DNA of 63,987 bases, counting the filler, from an uncultured bacterium (GTDB taxonomy: Bacteria; Hinthialibacterota; Hinthialibacteria; Hinthialibacterales; Hinthialibacteraceae), in assembly GCA_964449065.1 (NCBI GenBank). It is 4 parts of 4 records of this genome, joined end to end, with 100 filler letters (N's around TTAATTAATTAA, not from the genome) between each part and the next. Parts side by side here need not be neighbours in the genome. Positions count along the whole stretch, not along the records: positions 16,509 to 32,882 come from CAYVAZ010000087.1; positions 32,983 to 49,338 come from CAYVAZ010000088.1; 2 more parts are not named here. One strand, 5' to 3'. The stretch's first letter is position 1. Each line of letters opens with the position of its first letter. The position numbers and the translations under genes were made by a program. The notes under the pieces were generated by a model. It made no database searches. It saw nothing but the letters and a program-made list of their open reading frames with translations, and was not told the DNA's origin. Positions 27,307 through 37,200 of this stretch are shown here, in pieces.

Positions 27307-30198
27307 TTATTCCAGGGAGATATTTAGGTAGCCGAAGGGATCATCCGGGGTGTTGGTTTCAGCGGAATCGACCAGCCACTCGCTAAAGCGTTCTCCATTT
27401 TCGTATTCGATGGTGTATTTGGCATTGATCGACCAGAGTGAAGACGGGTTGTCTCCGGAGACCATCAGTAATGGGAGAGAGAATTCGATAAACCGGGTAC
27501 CGTCTTGTTGTCCGGTTCCGGCAGGCCAGTTGGTGTTGAGGTTTTCTGTACCCCTTTCGGGGAACACATCCCAATGATCGATCACGCGGGTGTAGGCTTG
27601 TTTGGTTGTGGAAGAAGTTTCTTCGGTGTTGGTGGCGCTGATTTGGATGATATAAACTGGTGTATACCCCCGGCTGGTGCACAAATACAATTCCAGCGTT
27701 TCTTCACGGACCTTGGCGTGTTGCGCTTGGGCTTCGGCAAGTACATAGAGCTGCGCCCCGCTGCGGGCGAGGTTGAGTTTAAGGTTTTCGTTTGCGGATG
27801 TGATGACTAAGGAAGGAACGGCTCCGGCGTCCCAGGTTCCGTCCTTTTCCCCGTCGATGGTGGGATAGTTCTCGATGATGGGAACACGGACTGACGGTGT
27901 AATGTCTTGCGAGAGTTTGCCGAGCTCGTTTTCAGCGGCTTGTTTGAGGGCCGGATTGATTTGCGATTGAATGACCGATTCAAACAGGGATGCGGCAATG
28001 TCTTCTTGATCTTTTTTCAGCAGTTGCAGGGCGATTCCCATGAGGATGGCTTCTTGGTTTAACCCCGGTTTGTTTTGGGTGAGTTGATTCAGCCAGACAT
28101 GCACTTCTTCAGGGGATTCAAATTCTTGGGCGTCCGCCAACTCAATAAAGATAGAAGGTTGCGAAGCCGTTTTCACCGCTTGGCTATAAAGTTCCATTGC
28201 TTGTTCTTCTTGTCCGGACTGTTTGAGTGCTTCGGCGGCATCGAGCAGATGGCGTTTGTCATCCGGATAAAACTCACCCACCACCTTGTAGATGCGCAAG
28301 GCGGTATCGTGTTGTCCGGCTTTCACCAAAACTTTCGCCAGTTGAAGAATGTGTTCCTTCCCCGCGATGGAAAATGTTTCCCGCTTGATGTTTTGCATGT
28401 TGGGCACGCTGCGCAAATCGCGCATAATGGTGATGCTTTCGGAGATCCAGCTGTCATCGGTGAGGGTGTTGTGCTTCACCGCCGCTTTCATGAATTGCAG
28501 GCATGTGACGAGATAGGACGCGCGGTTCATGAGGATGAAAGGGACTTTTTCGGCAGTGGGTAAAAATTCTTTGCCTAAATCCGATAGAGTAGAGACCCGG
28601 GTTAAGGCTTCGCGGTAGGTGTAGAACTCGGATTCGATATCCTGGAAGGAGATATGGTTGGCCGGCTCTTCAAGATAGCCGCTTAATTGATTGTAGTAGC
28701 GGTTGCGGGTAAGGCCGCGTTCGGTGCCCGCTTTGACATCAAGCATTTCGCGGATCATGGAATCGTGCGAGGCGAGGATGAAAACTTCGTTATTCAACGC
28801 CATGCTGGGCGTGAACGGGATAAAGGGGATGGGCAGCACAAACTTGGTAATTTCGGTATTGCGGTAGGTCGTGGTTTCGGGCACGATGGGGAGTTTGTAG
28901 GTATCAAGCAGGGCGGATTGCATCTTCCGCAATCCCGCTTCGGCACGGGCCTGATTTTTGACGGATAGCATCAGGGCGAATTTGTTGGTTGGCACAACGG
29001 CATCCAAATTCATCACAGGTTTCACCCAGCACCATTCGCCTCCCATCCAGGAAAGCAAATCGCCTTGGATGGAAATGCCGGTTTTGGTTTCAAATTGATT
29101 GATTGATTTGGTCATCTCTCCAATTTTACCGTCAGCGGGCAGCGCACGAATGACGGTATTCCAAATCTCCCACAAATCGGGCGGCGACAGGATGTTGCCG
29201 GCTTGGAAGGTACCGGTTTTGCGCGGCATATAGGAAGCGAAATTGAAGGAAACCGGTTCGTTTTTCAACAGCGTGCCAATCGGGGTATCGGCTATGGCGG
29301 GATCAAAATGGAAAATACCTTTGTTGGCGTAAACATCTTCCTCTTTTTTGTATTTCACAGAGGCGTAGTAGTGAAACATTTTAACATACTTCACCACTTC
29401 TTCACCCATGCCTAGCATTCCTTTCAAGTTTTCATCTTTTTCCATGGCCTGAAAGGCTTTGCCCATTTCCAACAGCACATCCAGAGTATCCGTTAGTTGG
29501 TTGAGGTTCAGGTATGAAGCGGAACTGTAAGGCGAGGGCAGGCGGGAGAGCGCAGCTTGAAACTGGGCTGAGTTCGCCAGCGTGTCTTCGGTGAAGCCAA
29601 ATTGATCGACGAGATCGATCAGATAGGGTTTGCTAGTGGAGATGAGCAGCAAGTTTTCGTGAAAGGTGTAGGACAAACCGAGCCCGGGAATGTTGCCGGG
29701 GCCATAGAGAGACTGAATGTCGTAGCCGCGAAAGATATCTTCTTCGCTGTAAAGCATTTCATGCTTGTTGGCGGAATATTCGAACAAGCCGCTCAAGGCT
29801 TGATCGGCGGTTTCAGTATCATCAAGATAAGACAAATAGACGAAGGTCGGAATCTTGCCGCCTTCACCGAATCCGCTTATGGCGTAAGCGTAAGAATCAC
29901 CGCAAATGGCGTCCAGCAATTTCTGGTTATCGGTACCGGATTGTGTGGCTTCCCATTCGGCTTTCAGGATGCGCCATTCCAATATGTCGTCCAAGGTTTC
30001 CACCCAATTGTAAAACGCTTGCGTCACGTTGGGGAACCGGTTTTCCTCCGCTTTTTCGGTGTGCTGGAAGTAGATCACGTCTTCCGGCAAGAGTTGGGCG
30101 TAGGGTGCCTTTTCTTGCGCGTGGGATGAAAGTGTGAATGAAAGAGAAAACGCTATGAGTAATGCAAATACTGTATGGATTTTGATAATGCTATTCAT
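27307..30198 (-). CDS. Large secreted protein: DUF3352-like region, TPR-like helices, CBM9/DOMON-like C-terminus
   Basis: Signal peptide; DLLSWMGGEW DUF3352-like motif; TPR-like repeats; PTIDGEKDGTW. Confidence 0.5.
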   Translation of the reverse strand: MNSIIKIHTVFALLIAFSLSFTLSSHAQEKAPYAQLLPEDVIYFQHTEKAEENRFPNVTQAFYNWVETLDDILEWRILKAEWEATQSGTDNQKLLDAICGDSYAYAISGFGEGGKIPTFVYLSYLDDTETADQALSGLFEYSANKHEMLYSEEDIFRGYDIQSLYGPGNIPGLGLSYTFHENLLLISTSKPYLIDLVDQFGFTEDTLANSAQFQAALSRLPSPYSSASYLNLNQLTDTLDVLLEMGKAFQAMEKDENLKGMLGMGEEVVKYVKMFHYYASVKYKKEEDVYANKGIFHFDPAIADTPIGTLLKNEPVSFNFASYMPRKTGTFQAGNILSPPDLWEIWNTVIRALPADGKIGEMTKSINQFETKTGISIQGDLLSWMGGEWCWVKPVMNLDAVVPTNKFALMLSVKNQARAEAGLRKMQSALLDTYKLPIVPETTTYRNTEITKFVLPIPFIPFTPSMALNNEVFILASHDSMIREMLDVKAGTERGLTRNRYYNQLSGYLEEPANHISFQDIESEFYTYREALTRVSTLSDLGKEFLPTAEKVPFILMNRASYLVTCLQFMKAAVKHNTLTDDSWISESITIMRDLRSVPNMQNIKRETFSIAGKEHILQLAKVLVKAGQHDTALRIYKVVGEFYPDDKRHLLDAAEALKQSGQEEQAMELYSQAVKTASQPSIFIELADAQEFESPEEVHVWLNQLTQNKPGLNQEAILMGIALQLLKKDQEDIAASLFESVIQSQINPALKQAAENELGKLSQDITPSVRVPIIENYPTIDGEKDGTWDAGAVPSLVITSANENLKLNLARSGAQLYVLAEAQAQHAKVREETLELYLCTSRGYTPVYIIQISATNTEETSSTTKQAYTRVIDHWDVFPERGTENLNTNWPAGTGQQDGTRFIEFSLPLLMVSGDNPSSLWSINAKYTIEYENGERFSEWLVDSAETNTPDDPFGYLNISLE

Positions 30199-30283
30199 GA
30201 AAGTTTACCTCAATGTGATCGTTGAATTCAATTATAAGTGGTACGAAAGCAGATCCGAATTGATTTAATGAAATGTTTGGGAT

Positions 30284-31045
30284 TTATAAGCTGGAGGCCA
30301 GCGTCAGCAAGGATACCCCTAACCCGATGGCAACCTGCTGTTGGCCGACTTGCGCCAAGGTTTGCACGGCGGAAGGCGGTGTTTCTTCTTCCGGCAGACC
30401 ATCCGGATTCGCGCGGGGCAATACCGGCGGCAGTGTGGAAAGGGCTAGCGCTTTGTTGGCATCGGCTTGAAATTCTTGCAGCGGTTTGGTGACACGTTCC
30501 CGGTTGGCGGCGGCGTATTGCATACCGGTCTCGATCCAACTTTTGGCGGTGCGCGCGGTGGCGAGCAGGGCCTGGCGCTGCATTTCTTCTGTGATTCCGG
30601 CTTGGTCTTCGGTTCGCGGAGTTTCATCCAACGGTGTTACTCCTTGAATGACCGTTTGTGGATTGTCCTGCGTTGGAGTATCTACCGTATGGGTTGCGTT
30701 GAACGCGAGCACTAGGGCAAAGGCGGTCACAGACAGCGCGAATACGGAACCCAGAACTTTGGGAGACAGCCAATTGAGTATCGATGTGGATTGATATTTT
30801 GCCATGCGGTCTTCGGAATAAATTCGGGCATGGATGTTTTGCAGAGTGCCGTCTAAAAAACCGTCGAGTTCATCTTGGCTCATTTCCGGCTGCTGCGAGC
30901 GGTCCAACAGGGAAAACGCGGAAAGAACCCGTTGGCTTTGCGGGTCGTGTTCAAGCCATTCCTGCACTTCAACTTGCCGGGCGGCGTCAAGCAATCCGTC
31001 ATAGTAAAGAGACAGTTCTTCGAACGTGGGTTTGTTGTGTTTCAT
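30284..31045 (-). CDS. Membrane-anchored anti-sigma factor
   Basis: EELSLYYDGLL..V..WLEHD anti-sigma-domain pattern, central TM; ATGA overlap with ECF sigma stop. Confidence 0.75.
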   Translation of the reverse strand: MKHNKPTFEELSLYYDGLLDAARQVEVQEWLEHDPQSQRVLSAFSLLDRSQQPEMSQDELDGFLDGTLQNIHARIYSEDRMAKYQSTSILNWLSPKVLGSVFALSVTAFALVLAFNATHTVDTPTQDNPQTVIQGVTPLDETPRTEDQAGITEEMQRQALLATARTAKSWIETGMQYAAANRERVTKPLQEFQADANKALALSTLPPVLPRANPDGLPEEETPPSAVQTLAQVGQQQVAIGLGVSLLTLASSL

Positions 31046-31725
31046 GTTGCACCTCTTGCTTCTGCGTTTTCTGTGGAAATTCCATACCAATCATCCATTA
31101 CCGGGCCTAAGAGTTTTATAAGTTTTTGACGGGCCGCGAACAAGGTTGTGCCGACGGTTTTTTCCGAACATTCCATCACTCCCGCGATTTCCTGCAAACT
31201 GAGGCCGTCGCAACTGCGCAGCGACATCATCATGCGCTGCTTTGGGGGCAGCGTTTCAATCGCGGCGACGATGGATTGAAACAGGCGCTTTTCATCGGCG
31301 AGCTGCCGGGGTTCTTTCGCGTGGTGAAGATTTCCTCCATCGAGATGCAGTTCAAAGACCGGGTCTTGGTGATCCATCTGAAAAACGCGGTCGGGTTTTT
31401 TCTTGCGCAACAGGTCTATCGATAAATTGTTGGCGGTTTGAAACAGCCAAGATTTAATGTTGCGGTTTTCATCGAGTTTGTCTTTGTTTTTATACAACCG
31501 GATAAACGTTTCCTGCAATACATCCTTGGCTTCATCGGCGTCGCGTATTTTGCGGAAGATGAACTGAAAGAGCGGTTTTTTGTGCCGTTCAATCAATTCA
31601 TTATACCCCCGCATGTTGCCCCCCTGCCACAGGCGGAGCGATGCCCGGTCTTCCTGACTGGACCCCGTGGTGTTTCCCGCGGTTTCGCTGAAGACCTCTG
31701 GTTGAGATAGGGCTGCTGTCACCAT
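31042..31725 (-). CDS. ECF RNA polymerase sigma factor
   Basis: AKDVLQETF, SWLFQTANN (region 2); LPPKQR..GLSLQEIA..TVGTTLFAAR (region 4). Confidence 0.92.
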   Translation of the reverse strand: MVTAALSQPEVFSETAGNTTGSSQEDRASLRLWQGGNMRGYNELIERHKKPLFQFIFRKIRDADEAKDVLQETFIRLYKNKDKLDENRNIKSWLFQTANNLSIDLLRKKKPDRVFQMDHQDPVFELHLDGGNLHHAKEPRQLADEKRLFQSIVAAIETLPPKQRMMMSLRSCDGLSLQEIAGVMECSEKTVGTTLFAARQKLIKLLGPVMDDWYGISTENAEARGAT

Positions 31726-31890
31726 AAACGTACCATTTTTCCGTATGTTTTGTTTTCCGCTAAATAGTACGAATCCTATGCAAAATAAATTTAATTTCCG
31801 GTAAATATTTTTTTGCCTTCAGCCGTATAGTCATAATTGAGTGAGTTGTTTACAATGAATTGTACATCTGAATGAGTTTTTTGATACGTT

Positions 31891-32832
31891 ATGACATCGC
31901 CCCGGCATCTTATCGATATTAACCAATTGTCCGTCATGTACGCGCGGCGCCAGGTTCTGCACGCCATCCATGCATCATTGCCGTTCGGCAGTGTCGGGCT
32001 GTTGGGGCCGAACGGCGCCGGCAAAAGTACCCTGCTCAAAACCATTATGGGATTTTTAAAACCCAGCGAAGGTTCGCTGAAGGTGTTGGATTACAATCCG
32101 CGGAAATTCGGGCCGGAAACCCGGCGGATGATCGGCTATATGCCGGAAGACGATTGTTATATTCCCGGCATGAGCGCGGTTGAATTTGTGAGTTATTGCG
32201 GACAGTTAAGCGGCTTGCCGAAAAACGAAGCAATGCTGCGGGCGCATTTGGTGCTGCACTATTGCGGATTGGGTGAAGCAAGGTACCGCAAGGTGGAAAC
32301 GTTTTCAACCGGGATGAAACAGCGGGTGAAACTGGCGCAGGCGCTGGTGCATGACCCCAAACTGCTGCTGTTGGATGAACCGACAAACGGGCTGGATCCG
32401 CAAGGACGGCAGGCCATGTTGGAACTGATTATGGATATCACCAAAGAAAAAGGGATATCGGTGCTGCTTTCCAGCCATATTTTGCCGGATGTGGAGATGG
32501 TATGCGATCATGTGATGGTGCTGTTTCAAGGCGGGCTTGCGACGTACGGCGAAATCGGCGCGCTGAAAAAGATGGCGCAGGTTGCGTATGAAGTGCGCGT
32601 GAAAGGGGATGTGAACCGGTTCGCGGCGGAAATTCAAAACCGCAACGGCGTTTGTTCGCCGAAAAAGAACGGCCTGCTGCAAGTGCAAATGCGCGAAGAA
32701 CAGGGCGCTAAAACCGTGTATGAAGCGGCGCACAACGCGGGCGTGCAACTTCGGCATTTGGTGCGGGAAGAAATGAGCCTGCAAGACGTGTTTTCCCACG
32801 CGATTGAGGAACAGAAGGCGAAACAGCAATAA
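31891..32832 (+). CDS. ABC transporter ATP-binding protein (ABC-2 type)
   Basis: GPNGAGKST, FSTGMKQR, LLLDEPT, SSH. Confidence 0.93.
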   Translation: MTSPRHLIDINQLSVMYARRQVLHAIHASLPFGSVGLLGPNGAGKSTLLKTIMGFLKPSEGSLKVLDYNPRKFGPETRRMIGYMPEDDCYIPGMSAVEFVSYCGQLSGLPKNEAMLRAHLVLHYCGLGEARYRKVETFSTGMKQRVKLAQALVHDPKLLLLDEPTNGLDPQGRQAMLELIMDITKEKGISVLLSSHILPDVEMVCDHVMVLFQGGLATYGEIGALKKMAQVAYEVRVKGDVNRFAAEIQNRNGVCSPKKNGLLQVQMREEQGAKTVYEAAHNAGVQLRHLVREEMSLQDVFSHAIEEQKAKQQ

Positions 32833-32882
32833 TAACTGATGTTACGCAATCCATGATTGACGATTGCTTGAAAAATGGTTTT

Positions 32883-32982
32883 NNNNNNNNNNNNNNNNNN
32901 NNNNNNNNNNNNNNNNNNNNNNNNNNTTAATTAATTAANNNNNNNNNNNNNNNNNNNNNNNNNNNNNNNNNNNNNNNNNNNN
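32883..32982. other. Artificial contig spacer
   Basis: 44 N + TTAATTAATTAA + 44 N. Confidence 0.98.
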
Positions 32983-34130
32983 TGCATTTGGTCTCCCGCT
33001 CGGAAGGCTATTCCGCCTCCAAAGAAATTGATATTCCATCCAAAATTTATCCCGTCGATGTGCTGCATTTGGCGATGGCACAAGAAGGCTTAAAAGTGGG
33101 AGAGAAAAAATCCTATCCGGTGTTTGAACCGTCATTGGCTACACTCGGCACGGTTCACGCGGTGGTGGAGAGCGAAGAAAAACTCAACCTGCCCGATGGG
33201 ACTACCGTAAACGCCTACAAATTGGATATCGAGTTCCAAGGACTGCATCAAGAAGTGTGGATTGATAACGATGGCAATATTTATAAACAATCCGCCGCCA
33301 TTGCCGGCATTCAATTCACTTCCGTACGTGAAACCGAAGAGCAGGCGACCGATATGAGTTTTATCGCGAACGATATAAAACATTTGCCCCCGGCTGAAGA
33401 AAACATGCAGGATCTGCTGGATGCGTCAAAAATCACACCGGATAAACCGCTAAAAAACCCCGCTGCGGTATCCAAGCTCCAACTCAAAATTTACGGGGCA
33501 AATTCCGATCAAATTCTGTTCGACGATGTGAAGCAAATCAAACTGAAAGAGAACAACTCGTTTATCACCATGCAAATCAACAAGATGGATTACAGTTCCT
33601 TCCCCAAGCCGCAAGAAGATGTTGACCTGCCGCTTGAAAATGATGTCATGCTTAAACCCTATTTGGGGGAAGACTTGTTTATTCAAACGTCCCATCCCGA
33701 TATTCAAGCCAAAGCGTTTGAAGTGGCGCAGGGCGCGAAATCCAAATGGGACGCGGCGGTGAAAATTGCCGATTATCTTTACTCGAACATCGCCAAAGAA
33801 ATTCGCGGTACCATTCCGTCATCCATTGAAGTATTGCGCACGATGAGAGGCGACTGCAACGAGCACTCAACCCTGTTCACCGCTATGGCGCGCGCGGTCG
33901 GCATCCCCACCAAGCTGATTGCGGGATTGGTCTACCAAGACGACGGCTTCTATTACCACGCCTGGAACGAAGTCTATATCGACGGCCAATGGTATCCGTT
34001 GGACGCGACCCTCAACCGCATCGAGATGGATGCCGCGCACATTAAATTGGCGGAAGGCTCGCTCGATCAGCAGTCCGGCATCGCCACGCTGATGGGCAAT
34101 GTCGATATCGAAATTCTTGAATACGAATAA
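32983..34130 (+). CDS. Transglutaminase-like domain protein (5' truncated by contig edge)
   Basis: Catalytic triad GDCNEH, YHAWNEVY, PLDAT. Confidence 0.85.
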
Positions 34131-34133
34131 AAC

Positions 34134-34251
34134 CTAGTAGTCTGTCAATCAAAAAATGACGGTTGGCTATCCGTTGTTCCCCCCTTGTTAAGGGGGGCTA
34201 GGGGGGATCAAAGATGATCTCTTTCTATCTACGCAAACCTGAATTGCTCTA
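34134..34251. mobile_element. Family A hybrid element (type 1 left end, type 2 right end)
   Basis: CTAGTAGTCTGTCAATC..CCCCCCTTGTTAAGGGGGG..TCTATCTACGCAAACCTGAATTGCTCTA; overlaps TAG stop of convergent gene. Confidence 0.75.
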
Positions 34252-37200
34252 ATACACCTCCCACGATTCAACATCCGCGGAGGTTTCTGAATTGATTGTA
34301 AATTGATGCTCTCCTTGCGGTAAATCCTTCAATATTAAATTCACATTGCCGCGCTCGTTAATTTCCATATCAAATTGAAAGAAGGGTTGATCGTCCAGTG
34401 TGATTTCAATGCTATTAAAAGGCATATCCCGTAAAACTAAGGTGTCATTCGTTTCGTTGTTCTTTGTGTAATGAACCCAATTCGGAACGTTCACCATCCA
34501 CTGTATGGAAATATCCGCCGCATGGTTGGATTGATAATGAATCAAACTTTCGGGGTGGACAAAATCCAGCGTACCGATCGCTGCCAATTCGTTCGTGATC
34601 GTTCCATTGGAAAACAGAGCATAGCGGTTTGTTTCGGTGTTAAATTCGAACACCGTGTCACGCACAGAACCAACAAAGCGCAGTTCACCCGGTTGAATGT
34701 GCTGAACCATGAATTCATTTTCCTCATTCGCTTCTTCCGGTGATATCACTGTGATGTGCTGAGTCGATTGCGTATTGCCCCGCCTTGCCAGCACAACCGG
34801 ATGCGTTCTTGGAGGGCGGATCGAGGGGCCGTCCGTTAAGAAATATTGGGTGGATTGCCCGCCGGGAAACTGAAACCGGATTCGCCGTTCTTCCGGCTCG
34901 ATTAAGGTATCCCCTTTCCATGCTTGGATGTTATCAATCAAAATCTTAAATGCCCCTTCTTCTTGATTGGCATTGAATACCTCAAAACGGATTTCGCTGA
35001 ATTGGAAACCGCTGCCGTTGACAAAATCCGGCTGAGTCAGGTCCAGATCCGCCTGCTGCCATTGATTGGTGATTGCCCGCGTACCGCTGGTAATGATCCA
35101 CCCGCTGGCCGCGAAATCCGGCAGGCTGGTGAGCTGCATGGTCAAGAAATCAAACGTGTTGCCTTCTAGTTTATAATCGAAGGTAATGCGGTCGGGCACC
35201 GGTTTTTGATTCAGTGTATCAAACGACTTGCTCACACTCTGGAAGTCTCGCGGCACCACCACCCATGAAAGCGATGTATTGCCTTCGGTAGCATCATCAG
35301 ACAGATTGATGTTGCCCGACCATTCGGTGATCGATTCCATATCATCGGTAAAGCCGTATTCTTTTTGGGTGACGATGTGTACACCGTCAGCGGTGGTGTA
35401 CTGCATGATTTCCGCCGCCTTCTCTTTTTCCACTATCGGCGGTTGTAAAAATTGATACCCGCTGGCGCTGGAATTATTCCAACCAGGCGCGCCGCCCAAG
35501 GGCTCAAATCCGGGAGAGGGGTCAAACCATCCGGAGGAATGAAACACCAAATCAATTGCCCCCCGGGCACCGGATACATCGTCAATCACGATTGAGTATT
35601 CGTCGTTGGATGTAATCACCGTTCGGCGGACGTTTGCGCCTTGCGGATACACGGGCGCTCCAAACGCAGCCTGCATAACCTGCATCGCGGGGAAAGAGTT
35701 GCGATAGAAGCGGATATCCCGGGTTTCTTCCGTATCAATCTTCTGCGGCTGCTCGTTCACTATGATCGTATTGTGCCCGATGGTATTGCGGAACCAGCCG
35801 GAAAATTCCGGCACATTGGTCGCTCCTGTTCCCAAATCAGGAAGCCAGTTCTCACCCGCGCCGTAAAGAGAGAGATGCAGTTTATCAAAATGCCCGTGAA
35901 ATTGCCCGTGCGGGCCGTAATCCATCATCGTATGTTGATCCTCCAAGCCGGAACCGCTGCGGAGAGTAGACAACCCCATCTTCGGTTTTATGGTGGAGTC
36001 AATGGAAAACGGGGTTGATTCATACGGCTTGCCGAAAAGGAGCGCTTCCGCCGTACCCCGGCCAAACCCCCGCGTTTCATAAATAAAGGTTAAGATTTGA
36101 TCAAAAACAGGATTGGCGTAATGCCCGTTCGCGATTTCAAACGAAGACGCGCGAAAGTGGATAAAATCTGGGGGAGAGTCGTTTAGCGCCGGAAAGCTGC
36201 CGTCCGGCTGCATGATATCCAGTATCGATGAATAAGCCAATTCAATCTTCTCATCAAACGGTTCCAGGCCATGCGCATCCATCGCTTCCAGCAGGTGGTT
36301 CATCGCCACCATACCGAAGAAGTGATATCCCACCGAGCCCTCTTGCCAAATGCCGTCTTCACGGATGGAAACAGTTTTCACAAACTCATGTCCGTTTTCG
36401 CCATGCAAGGCGGAATCGATCAGTTCTTGGTCATCCATCAAAAATCCGGCCAAGCCAATCGCGGTGTTGTGCCAAGACTGCCAGTTGGTTATTCCCATCA
36501 GATTGCTTTCAATGATCTTCACTGCCGGGCGGATAAAGTTCCATTCGATATGCGCGCGGTCTTCCCGTGAAAAGTGTTTGCTGGCACGCACCGCGTCATA
36601 CGCGGGCAAGATGGAGGTCAGTCCCATCGCCTCCCCCAAGGTTTCCGTCATCAGCCGCGCGGCCCATGCGCTGGGATTGCCTTGATAATCATCCAGCGGG
36701 TACGATTGGTACCGGTCGGCAATATCCAAAAATGTCTTCCTTAAATACTGCGCGTATTCCGGTTTGGGCTCTAAATTATAGGCATACCCGATCCGCAATA
36801 TGCGGTTGAACAATTCAAAATAATACTCTCCTATCCAACCGCGGCGGTAGCGTTCGCCTTGATAGCGTTCGCCGTCAACCGAACAAATATATTCCCCCGG
36901 CCGCAGCGGATCAAAAATCAGCGGGGCGCCGGTGCCGTCATTCGGATCATCATCCCCATCGCCAATGCCGTCACAAATATACGTTCCCCGCCAATGCGCT
37001 TCTTCATCCGGCACGGGAAGGTTTTGTTCGACATACCGGTCGGCCTGGCGGATGATGCTGTTGTAAATTGATTGCTGATACGGCTCGCCCTCACGCCCCA
37101 ACCGCCGAATCTCTTCCAACTCGTCCGGGCTGAAAAACAAAAACTGCCGCGACGGGTCTAATTGCTTTTGCTCTACAACACGAACATCCACTTTCGATGA

